Below, in pieces: positions 12,501-24,500 of a stretch of DNA of 64,000 nt. The notes beneath the pieces were generated by a model, which saw only the letters and a list, made by a program, of their open reading frames with translations, searched no databases and was not told where the DNA came from. The first letter of the stretch is position 1, and the number at the start of each line of letters is the position of its first letter. Position numbers and translations under genes: made by a program. Origin of the DNA: Macrostomum hystrix. Taxonomy: Eukaryota; Animalia; Platyhelminthes. The stretch is taken from the NCBI GenBank assembly GCA_950097015.1, contig CATNEN010000002.1, positions 2,790,001 through 2,854,000 of the forward strand, read 5' to 3'.

Positions 12501-15500
12501 GACGTTCATGTTTAACTCGGATTTCGCTCGGAAACTGAAAGTCGGAATTCTCACCTGGGCGCAGGTCAGCCTCATCTCAGCGATTCGTCGCCACAGCCGC
12601 CCAGCCTCCTGGCCCCATCGCTCCAGCTGGTCCAGCTTCATCTCGGCCAGTCTGGCTGCCAGCTCCGCGGCCTCCTTTCTCTGCCGGTCGATGCGCCTCT
12701 CCTGCTCCGTCAGTCGCACCTGCAGCTCGGCTCTCTCGGCGTCGAATGGTCCACCGACGCCACCGAGGGAGGCTGCGGCGGACGTTTTTGAACCGGTGAA
12801 TCTCTGGAACATCCTCGGCACGGTGGACGACGAAGGGCTGGACGACAACTTGGCCAGTAGCTGACGGTTCTCGCGGCTGAGTCGACCAGTGACATCCGCG
12901 TGCTGCCTGCGCTGGTCCGCCAGCTGGGCCTCCAGCTGCCGCAGTTCGAGGTCGCGTTCGGCCAGATCCGCTGACAGGCGCGAGTGCTGCTCGACCTCCG
13001 ATTGGACGGCTACCGATTCGTCCGGCTGAAGAAGAGGATTTCACACTTGCACTCCAGACTTGCACTCCAGACTTGCACTCCACACTTGCACTCCAGACTT
13101 GCACTCCAGACTTGCACTCCACACTTGCACTCCACACTTGCACTCCACACTTGCACTCCACACTTGCACTCCAGACTTGCACTCCACACTTGCACTCCAC
13201 ACTTGCACTCCAGACTTGCACTCCACACTTGCACTCCACACTTGCACTCCAGACTTGCACTCCACACTTGCACTCCACACTTGCACTCCAGACTTGCACT
13301 CCAGACTTGCACTCCAGACTTGCACTCAAGCGTCATCTATACCATCTGATGAGTGATCTATACCATCTGATGAGTGATCTATACCATCTGATGAGTGATC
13401 TATACCATCTGATGAGTGATCTATACCATCTGATGAGTGATCTATACCATCTGATGAGTGATCTATACCATCTGATGAGTGATCTATACCATCTGATGAG
13501 TGATCTATACCATCTGATGAGTGATCTATACCATCTGATGAGTGATCTATACCATCTGATGAGTGATCTATAACATCTGATGAGTGATCTATAACATCTG
13601 ATGAGTGATCTATACCATCTGATGAGTGATCTATACCATCTGATGAGTTATCTATACCATCTGATGAGTGATCTATACCATCTGATGAGTGATCTATAAC
13701 ATCTGATGAGTGATCTATAACATCTGATGAGTGATCTATACCATCTGATGAGTGATCTATACCATCTGATGAGTGATCTATAACATCTGATGAGTGATCT
13801 ATAACATCTGATGAGTGATCTATACCATCTGATGAGTGATCTATACCATCTGATGAGTGATCTATACCATCTGATGAGTGATCTATACCATCTGATGAGT
13901 GATCTATACCATCTGATGAGTGATCTATAACATCTGATGAGTGATCTATACCATCTGATGAGTGATCTATACCATCTGATGAGTGATCTATACCATCTGA
14001 TGAGTGATCTATAACATCTGATGAGTGATCTATAACATCTGATGAGTGATCTATACCATCTGATGAGTGATCTATACCATCTGATGAGTGATCTATACCA
14101 TCTGATGAGTGATCTATAACATCTGATGAGTGATCTATAACATCTGATGAGTGATCTATACCATCTGATGAGTGATCTATACCATCTGATGAGTGATCTA
14201 TACCATCTGATGAGTGATCTATACCATCTGATGAGTGATCTATAACATCTGATGAGTGATCTATACCATCTGATGAGTGATCTATACCATCTGATGAGTG
14301 ATCTATAACATCTGATGAGTGATCTATACCATCTGATGAGTGATCTATACCATCTGATGAGTGATCTATACCATCTGATGAGTGATCTATACCATCTGAT
14401 GAGTGATCTATACCATCTGATATAAATATGCGAACATCTATATTTGACCAGCTCATCCAAACTAGCCTACTCAAAGTAGTAGACCGCAAATTAAAATTTC
14501 TGTCTAATCTGTTTACCGCCTGCATCTGCTCCTGCAGCGCCTGCCTCTGCTGCGCGCGCATCTCCCGCTCTCGGCGACACATGTCAGCGGCGTCATCGTA
14601 TAGTCGACGAAATTCGTCGACCTCGCGCTGGTAGGCCTCCAGCTGAAGCTGCAGGGTCACCTGCTGGTGCGTCTGCTGCAGGTAGATGCGCTCAACCTGC
14701 TGCAGGTACCTCAAGCGAACTCGCGTCTCTGTTGGCAGATCGTCGGCAGTGGCAAATGGAAATGGCGATCTTCCTTGCAGCTTGTCGGCGTCTGCAACCA
14801 GCTTGCTGCTGCTGCTGCTGGCCTGTTGAGATAAGGGTTCGAGATCGAAATCAATAATTGTCTGCTCTGATCTGCATGACAACAAAAATATCTGTTTGAT
14901 TTATGACTTGTGCATTCAGTCTATTCAAACAACTGAACAAACGCTGCTCTAAAAAAGTATTTGTTAAAATTTGTTTCTCTCCAGTCAGTTTCTATACTTT
15001 CCAGGAAGTTTCCAAATTATTCTGGAAGTTTCCATACTTTCCAAGAAGTTTCTACACTCCAGGAAGTTTCTAGAACCTTAAGAAATTTGTTAAGTTTATC
15101 CAAAGCTTCCAAGCTTTCAGGAAAGTTTGCAAAGTTTAAAGAAATTTTCACTACTTTCCAGGAAGTTTTTATACTTTCCAGGAAGTTTTTATACTTTCCA
15201 GGAAGTTTTTATACTTTCCAGGAAGTTTTTTTACTTTCCAGGAAGTTTTTTTACTTTCCAGGAAGTTTTTTTACTTTCCAGGAAGTTTTTATACTTTCCA
15301 GGAAGTTTCTATACTTTCCAGGAAGTTTTTTTACTTTCCAGGAAGTTTCTATACTTTCCAGGAAGTTTCTATACTTTCCAGGAAGTTTTTATACTTTCCA
15401 GGAAGTTTCTATACTTTCCAGGAAGTTTTTATACTTTCCAGGAAGTTTCTATACTTTCCAGGAAGTTTCTATACTTTCCAGGAAGTTTTTATACTTTCCA

Positions 15501-18500
15501 GGAAGTTTCTATACTTTCCAGGAAGTTTTTATACTTTCCAGCAAGTTTTTATACTTTCCAGGAAGTTTTTATACTTTCCAGGAAGTTTTTATACTTTCCA
15601 GCAAGTTTTTATACTTTCCAGCAAGTTTTTATACTTTCCAGCAAGTTTTTGTACTTTCCAGGAAGTTTCTATGCTTCACATTAAGGTTTAGTTTCAAAAG
15701 TTTCCAGGAATTACCAACGTTTTTACGTATTCCTTTGATTTCTTCTTGGGACTGAGCTTAGGAATTTAATTTTTGTCCGAGGTTTTTTATTTAGTTCTAG
15801 CTTATTTATTTATCATCACGTTTGGCCTCTAAAACCTTCACTTCATTAATTTTGTGTCACTCCTAGCCTGCCATGTTATTCACCTGTCGAAGCAAAACCT
15901 GACGGGTTGTAATCAGGGGTAAACACGATAATACTCGTAGTTTTGAAAACAGGTTCTACACAAAGTGTGTTATCTTTAGAGTGCTTCAAATAGGCACTAA
16001 TTGGTAATTTTGTTAGAATTGACATGACTTAAGACAAGGCTAGGCCAAAGTGGTTCAAAAAATCGAAACTAAACACTCGAAGGAATTTGTTTTTTCTTGT
16101 TTCCACGCACCTTAAGTTATTTTTTTAATAAAAGCCGAGACTCCGGTAAAGAAAAAAATGCTCACAATGTCCCTGAGTCTGGAGCTTGAAGTTCTGCAGA
16201 GCAGATGCACTTTTGCACAATGTTTGAGTTAATATTGAACGCTGTTTCGAGAGATGACAGCGCGTGTCATTCAAGAGAGCTAATGACGTGGCCCAGTTTT
16301 GGGAATTAATATTTCACACTCTTTGACTCATTCTCTATTGAACACTTTGGGAATTGAGAGGATCTAGCTGTTGAAATTCCCACGAGAGTCCGAGAAGTAC
16401 ATTTATCTTTTAATTCGTCGAAAATATAAGAGTAAAAGCATAAAAATCTAACATACTGAATTGAGAAGAATTGCTTTTAAAATTCTTGCGTTACTAAAAA
16501 TTCAGAAATCCCAAAATTCTTGAAATCCTAAAATAACAAAATCATAAAATCCTGAAATCGCAAAACTCTGAGATCCTGAAATCTTAAAAGCCTGAAATCC
16601 CAAAATCCTGAAATCCCAAAATCCTGAAATCCCAAAATCCTGAAATCCCAAAATCTTGAAATCCCAAAATCTTGAAATCCCAAAAATCATGAAATCCAAA
16701 AATTCTAAAATCATAAAATCAAAAAATTCCTAAACTCCTAAAAATACCGAATTCCGTCCCATCTCAAGATCAGGCAAGCGGCACTCACCGCGGCGGCAGC
16801 GCGCACCTTGATGCTCTCCAGGTCCCGCCTCAGCAGGGCCGTCTCCGCCCTGTCCCGATCCCGCTCAGCCCGCAGCCGTTTGGCCTCGTCCTCGATCTCA
16901 GCCGTCGACTCGGCGGCCATCAACTTCACCTCCGTCGCCGAAGCTCGCAGCCTGTCGGCTTCGTCGGCGGCGGCGGCCCGTTCGGCGTTGAGCTCGGCCA
17001 GGCGGCGCCTCGCAGGACCGCCCGTGGTCGCCTCCCAGTCGGCTGCGCGCTGTCTGGCGGTCTCGGCTTCGGCTTCAGCGGCCGACAGCTTCCGATTGGC
17101 GTCGGTCAGCTCGCTGTCCAGCCGGCCGAGTTCGCGCTCCCGGCCTCCGAGGCGGCCGCTGATGACGGTGATGAGCTCGTCCTTCTCGCGGATGCGGTCG
17201 TCACGGCTGGCTGCGGCCTCCTGCTCAACGCGCTGCCGATCCACAGTCGCCGACAGCTCCTCGGTGGCGATGGTCAGGGCCTGGCGCAGCTCCGTCAGCT
17301 GGCGCTCTCGCTCAGCCGCTTCAATCGTCTGACGGCGGAGCTCCTCGCGCAGGCGGGCGCCCTCCGTGGACTTCTCGCGAACGCCTGCGCGACAGTGGGA
17401 ATTCGGGTGCTTTTGTTGACCTACGCGGTTTGGGATCTTGGCAGAGCGGGAAGAAGAGGGGGAAAGGGAGAGACGGGAGGAAGGCAGAAAGGGGAGAAGA
17501 GGGGAGAGAAAGGAGAATCGAAGAGAGGGGATAAAGTGAGAGAGGGGAGAGGGGGAGATGAGGTTAGAGGCGAGAAGAGTGGAGAAGCGGGTAGAGAGTG
17601 GGAGAAGCGACAGAGGGAAGAAAGGGAAAGAGGGGAGATTAGGATAATAGCCTCCAACTTCCTTAGTTCGCGAAAGAAAGTTTATAGATTTTTATCAAAG
17701 CTGTTGTTTTAATGACAGAAAAATTACCGAAATAATTTAAATGACGACCACAAATTATAGGAAACGGGTGAGGAAAATCATGAAGGCAGTTTATAATACA
17801 GCAAGTAATAATACAGTTACAAGCTAAGTAAATTTGCTTAAAAAGAAAGATTTAGCAAAAAAAGAACTATGAGACAAATAGCCAACGCCGCAGGATCAGT
17901 AAAAGGTTACCAATTCATACAACACTAATTAACTAGCAACAACTCGTAGGATCTACCGGGTGGCCCATGCGTTTAAGGACAACCTTAAAAATAGAAGAAA
18001 GCAAAGCCAGCGGTAGCTAGAGCATAATAGTTTTGGTCATAGACAAAATAGTATCTATATAGTCTGTAGTTGCCGCGAAAATTTTCGGCAACTTAGCATT
18101 AGCCATGAATCGCGCTAAACGTTTGATGGTGGTAGACCAGCTCGCGCGGGGTATAAGCCCAGCACAGATAGCAGAGAACCTCAATGTTGCAAGGTCGTTT
18201 GTTTACGCCGTCAAGAGCGACATTGAAGAAGTTGGAGCTGCTGCGGCAGTTGAAAGGAAACCCCACAACTCTCCAAGACCAATCAGGTCAGAGGAGCTTC
18301 GCGAAACTGTGGCTGAGAGGATCAAAGCTGACCCTCGAGTGTCCATCAGGGAGCTTGCCAGGTCAAGTGGTGTTTCAAGGAGCACGATGCAGAGGCTGGT
18401 ACACGAAGACCTTGACCTCAGTTCGTATAAGATTAAAGAATCGCAGGCATTAACAGCAACTGCCAGATCTGTTCGAGCAGAACGGTGCCGTCAATTAATC

Positions 18501-21500
18501 AACCGACTGAAAGGACCGGACGCCGGGAAGGTTCTGATCTTCAGCGATGAGAAGTTCTGGACCGTCGACAGGGCCTTCAATCGACAGAATGACCGATATC
18601 TGGCACCGTCAGGAGACTCCAGCTCTGCTGCGGAGGAACACCGCTTCATGCCTCGCCAGCAACATGCCAAAGGTGCCATGTTTCTCGGTGTCGTGGCTTC
18701 GGACGGCAGGGTGGCTCCCCCGATCTGGGTACCAGCTGGAGTGAAAATCAACTCAGCCGAGTACATCCGCATGCTCCAGGATCATGTACTGCCATGGATT
18801 AGACACAACTTTGCCCCAGGTACGTTTGTTTTTCAGCAGGACGGCGCTCCTGCCCACACGGCTGTCGCTACTCAAGAATTTCTTCGCCGGGAGCTCGGCG
18901 AGGACTTCTGGAATGCGACCACTTGGCCACCATCGAGTCCAGACTGTTCCCCTCTCGATTACTTTGTGTGGAACAACGTGGCCCGCGTTGCATGTTTAAC
19001 AACTTATGCTACCGTGGAGACTCTCCAAGTTGCTGTTAGTGCTGCCTGGTCAGCTCAGGGCCCTGCCGTCATCAGAGGTGCCTGTACCAAGTTTCGGTCT
19101 CGCATTGAAGCCGTGTATGCAGCGGAGGGGGGCTACATTGAGTAAATGTTATTTTTAGTTGCCATCTAGACATTATGGCGGTCAGTTAAAATGTTAAAGT
19201 TTTCGTTTGTTGGTTGTTTTTATATTAAAAATGTATATACATTTGATCATTTTTAAGTTGTCCTTAAACGCATGGGCCACCCGGTAGAAGGCTACTTTAG
19301 CTGGGCAATATTTGAGCAAGACATCACCAATGCCACCTGGCTACGGATGATTACAACAAGCATTGAGGAAAATCAATTGACAACCATTCACCCGAGACGT
19401 ACATGAAGCTACTGACAGCTATGTACATATTGTACTTACTTGACATTGACATACTGACATTTGAAGGCTGGGGTGGTTTTTTTAGTGGCGAAGTTTTTTA
19501 TTGTTAGGTGTTTGGATATAAAAATGCCAGTTTAACCTGTATAAACATTAGTTTTACCTGTGTAAAATTTGTTTTATTTCTATAACATTTGTTTTACCTG
19601 CATTTCACCTGTTCAACATTCGTTTCACCTGTTCGACATTCGTTTCACCTGTTCGACATTCGTTTCACCTGTTCAATATTCGTTTCACCTGTTCAACATT
19701 CGTTTCACCTGTTCGACATTCGTTTCACCTGTTCGACATTCGTTTCACCTGTTCAATATTCGTTTCACCTACTCAACATTCGTTTCACCTGTTCAATATT
19801 CGTTTCACCGACTCAACATTCGTTTCACCTGTTCAACATTATTTTAACCTGTTCGGCATTCGTTTCACCTACTCAACATTCGTTTCACCTACTCAACATT
19901 CGTTTCACCTGTACAAATTTCGTTTCACCTGTTTATCATTCGTTTCACCTGTTCATCATTCGTTTCACCTGTTCGACATTCGTTTCACCTGTTCAACATT
20001 CATTTCACCTGTTCATCATTCGTTTCACCTGTTCATCATTCGTTTCACCTGTTCATCATTCGTTTCACCAGTTCGACATTCGTTTCACCTGTTCAACATT
20101 CGTTTCATCTGTTCATCATTCATTTCACCTGTTCAACATTCGTTTCACCTGTTCGACATTCGTTTCACCTGTTCGACATTCGTTTCACCTGTTCAATATT
20201 CGTTTCACCTACTCAACATTCGTTTCACCTGTTCAATATTCGTTTCACCGACTCAACATTCGTTTCACCTGTTCAACATTATTTTAACCTGTTCGGCATT
20301 CGTTTCACCTACTCAACATTCGTTTCACCTACTCAACATTCGTTTCACCTGTACAAATTTCTTTTCACCTGTTCATCATTCGTTTCACCTGTTCGACATT
20401 CGTTTCACCTGTTCAACATTCATTTCACCTGTTCATCATTCGTTTCACCTGTTCATCATTCGTTTCACCTGTTCATCATTCGTTTCACCAGTTCGACATT
20501 CGTTTCACCTGTTCAACATTCGTTTCACCTGTTCATCATTCGTTTCACCTGTTCAAACTTCGTTTCACCTGTTCAGGCAGGTGGCTTTATTTGTTCGGGA
20601 GCATTTTATCTGTGAAGGACTCACTGGTGAACTGGCTCTTGAGCAGATAAAGCTCGCCCTTAAGCCGCTCGAACTCTCTATCAGCGTCCAGCAGCTTCCG
20701 CTGCAGGCTCTGCATGGCCTCGTCCTGTTCGCTGATGTGCTCCTCGCGCAGTTTGAGCTCCTCGTTGAGCACCTGCAGGCTGCGCTCGGCGGCCAATTTC
20801 TCCTTCTCCATGCGGGCCAACTTGGCCACCAGCTGGTCATTGTGGGTCTTCAGCTCCGCCATCTCCGCTCGAATGGCAGCATCGGAGGCCGCAGAGTCCA
20901 CCGACTTCGGCTGCTGCTCGTCGTGACGAGTTCGCTGCTGATTGTCCACTAGTTGCTTCAACGAGTCGTACTTGCGACGGTCCTGCTCTAGTTGCGCCAG
21001 GCAGTCCTTCAGCTGCGATTCCTTGTCTTCGATCATAATTTTGTACTTTTCGCTATCCTTCACCTCGCGCCTCTGATCCTCTCGCATTGTCTCGAGTCGC
21101 TTCTGGTAATGCTGAGTTCGCTGCCGCTCCTCGCGCAACAACAGCTCCAGGCTGTGAAGCCGTTCGCGGAATTTTTTCTGCGGGACCATTGATAGGAACG
21201 TGTGGCGTCAGGTGGGTGTTGAAGGGAAGGTTTCAAAGAGGGTATGAATGTTCGGGGACAGGGCGTGAGGTTGGTGTTTAAGGGGGGGTAAGAAATATTC
21301 GGGGGACAGGGCGTGGGGTTGTTGATAAAGGGGGTTAGGAATGTTCGGGGACAGGGCGTGGGGTTGGTGTTAAAGGGGGTAGGAATTTTTAGGTTACGGG
21401 ATGTGAGGTGGGTGTTAAAGTGGTTTGGAATATTCTGAAATACAGCGTGAGGTTGGTGCTAATGGACAGAGTGATCTTGTGTATGAGGTATATTGACTTG

Positions 21501-24500
21501 CGGTGTAACGTGAGGTGAGGTGAGGGTCGAATAAACTTTTTTCGTTTTTTTCGCAGCATATTTGTTAGCTGAAGTAGGTCTAGAGCTTTAGTTACTCACA
21601 TCCCAGTACTTGACATCCTGCTCCGGTTGGCTATCTGTGAACACTTCGTCGTTCTCAGCCGGAACTCCAGCGCCGGGTCCAGATGAGTCGGCCGAATCCG
21701 CGGAGCTGCGTGAGTAAGTTTTCGGATGTTGGGTCTGCAATAGCAACTGATTTTAGGCTTAGCCTTGACATCCAGCTTACCTTTCGTACTCGTACAGAAA
21801 CCGTTTCCTCATTGTGACCAGAGATAGCAGGTCACCCAGCAGCTCATTCTGCTTCTGCAGCTTCTCCAATTGTTCAACGAAGAATCTTTCGTCCTCTTCG
21901 AAGTTCCGCCGACTGTCGCGCAGCTCGTCCTCCATGGTCTTCAGTCGATACTCGAGGCTTTCCGATTGGATGACGTTCTTCTTAATCACCAGCTGCAGAT
22001 CCTCTGTTTGAAACGAATTGATCAGGGCTTCGTGAAGCTTGTTGGACCCCTTCGAAGACTACAAAGGTCACCTGACCCCTCTTAAGCTAAAAGGGTTACA
22101 TGACTCCCTCTTAAGCTACAAGGGTCACCTGACCCCCTCTGAAGCTACAAGGGTCACATGACCCTTCTGAAGCTATAAGGGTCACCTAACCACTCTTAAG
22201 CTACAATTGGGTCACCTGGCCCCCTCTGAAGCTACAAGGGTCACACGACCTCTCTGAAGCTACGAGGGTCACCTGACCCCTCTTAAGCTACAAGGGTCAC
22301 ATGACCCCTCTGAGACTGTAAGGGTCACCTGACCCCCTGCGGGACCAGGCACACAAGCCTGGCTATGAGCAATGCCTCACCAATCTCATCCTCCAGGTCG
22401 CCAACTTCCCGAATGAGCTCAGCTTTGCTAGCCGCTCCCAGCTGCTCAACCGATGCCTTCTTTGACTCCCTGGAGCCTGCTGTCCCCTGCTGCTGCCGCT
22501 GCCCGGGTTGGAGTCGGTTCGCCTCGAGCCTGAGGTCGGCATTGGCCGCCTCCAGCTGGGACAGTCTGCCGCGCAGCTCGTCAACTTTGCCCTCCAGTTG
22601 GCGCCGAGCTTGGCAGGCCTCGAGCCACTTCTCGTTCAGGGCCAGGTCCTCCGGGCTGAGCTGGGCGGCGGCCACGATTTTGCGCTTCATCTCCTCCATG
22701 TCCGAGTCCAGTTCGCTGAGCAGAGTCTGGGCTTCCTGCGTGCCTGAGGGTCGGTGAGACGACTGTTGATGAAGGAGACGATAAATGATTAGTGAGTACG
22801 TGTATGAGTTCGCTGTCACGGTAACGGTCAGCGTCATGTACAGCAGTTGGCAGGCACTCACTGTACTTGAACAGAAGCCTCCTGTCGTTGGGGCTGAGGT
22901 GTGGCGCAGTACCCGCCAACTCCAGCCGATTCTCCAGAGCCGCCACGCTGCCGCGCAGTCGCTGATTGACCTGGTCCAGCTCCACAACTCTGCGCTTGAG
23001 GGCAGCCGTCGACTCGATGGCCTCCTCTGACTCGTTAATGTCAGCGGCGCTGTCGTCGCTACTGAAGCGCAGTCGGCCGCTCCCGCCGCCGCCGCCACCG
23101 CCTCCGCCGGCGCCACCTCCACCGTCAGCCAGGCGGTTAAGCTTGACTGTCAGGGCTTCGTTCTCTTCCTCGGCCTCTTGCAGCTTCCGTCGCATGATCT
23201 TGACCTCCTCCTTGGAGAAGCGCAGCTGCTCCACCAGGTCTGTCTCGCGCTCCCTGGCCACCGACAGCTCGCGCTTCAGGTGGTCCTCCTCCACGGAGGA
23301 CTCGCGCGAGGCCACCTGTCCCAGTCGGGGCTGGCAACGAAATTCCAAGAGAAATATTTTTCTAACTAACAGTAGAAGACCACGGGGTATTTGACGATAG
23401 CTCCCAAACTGAGTGACCGATTTTCCTGAAACTCCAACATTTGAATCAAAAACTTTGAATCAAAGTATTTGAAATCCCCTCTTCCTACTGTTAATGAACC
23501 GAGCAAATGCTCACAGAATCTTGAGCACAACGCCTACTCACCCTTGGACTGGACTTGTCAATCACCTGGAGAGGCCCGGCATCAGAGATCCCAGCGTCAG
23601 TTTTCACCTTCTCTAGCTGCAGAATGGAAAGTGGGAGAACGCTGAGTTGAGGATCGCCGACTCCCCGACTCAGAAGTGAGCACTCACCTCGAGCCGAACT
23701 CTATCGATATCATTCTCTAGACGAATTTTCTCCCTCTCGGAGGACGCAAGCTCCAGCTTGAGTCGCTGATTGTCCGCCTCGAGACGGTTGCGCTTCTGCT
23801 CAATGTACTCCAGCTCGTCGTGGAGTCGGACGGACAACTCTTTGGCTGTGCGAAGCTCGTCTTCGAGCTCCTGAATCTTGGAGGCGGCGCGTGGATTGTG
23901 GCTTTGTGGGGCTAAATCTGCTCTAGTCAGAGTCAGAGAGGGCACCTGACCCTTTTGAAACCATGGGAGTCAAACCAACTCCGCTTCTGAAACCGATGGG
24001 GTCACTTGACTCCCCCATTGATACAACAAGGGTCAACTGACTCCCCTTTTGATACAACAGGGGTCAACTGACTCCCCTTCTGATACAACAGGCGTCAACT
24101 GACTCCCCTTCTGATACAACAAGGGTCAACTGACTCCTCTTCTGATACAACAGGCGTCAACTGACTCCCCCACTAATACAACAGGGGTCAACTGACTCCC
24201 CCACTAATACAACAAGGGGTCAACTGACTCCCCTTCTGATACAACAGGGGTCAACTGACTCCCCTTCTGATACAACAGGCGTCAACTGACTCCCCTTCTG
24301 ATACAACAGGCCTCAACTGACTCCTCTTCTGATACAACAGGCGTCAACTGACTCCCCCACTAATACAACAGGGGTCAACTGACTCCCCTACTTATACTGA
24401 TACAACAGGGGTCAACTGACTCCCCTTTTGATACATGTCGAAGCCTTTGTCAGAGCACAGAGTCTACTAATTTACGAGTATATGTTTTTCATATAGATTC

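Noticed and set aside
13330-14420. Regularly spaced repeats resembling a CRISPR array (also 19535-20575, 38368-40862)
   Set aside because: Units are directly tandem with no unique spacers, the context is eukaryotic, and no cas genes are present.
16808-23394. Plus-strand ORFs antisense to SOGA exons (16808-17332, 20581-20952, 22365-22757, 22966-23394)
   Set aside because: Typical shadow ORFs of GC-rich coiled-coil coding sequence.
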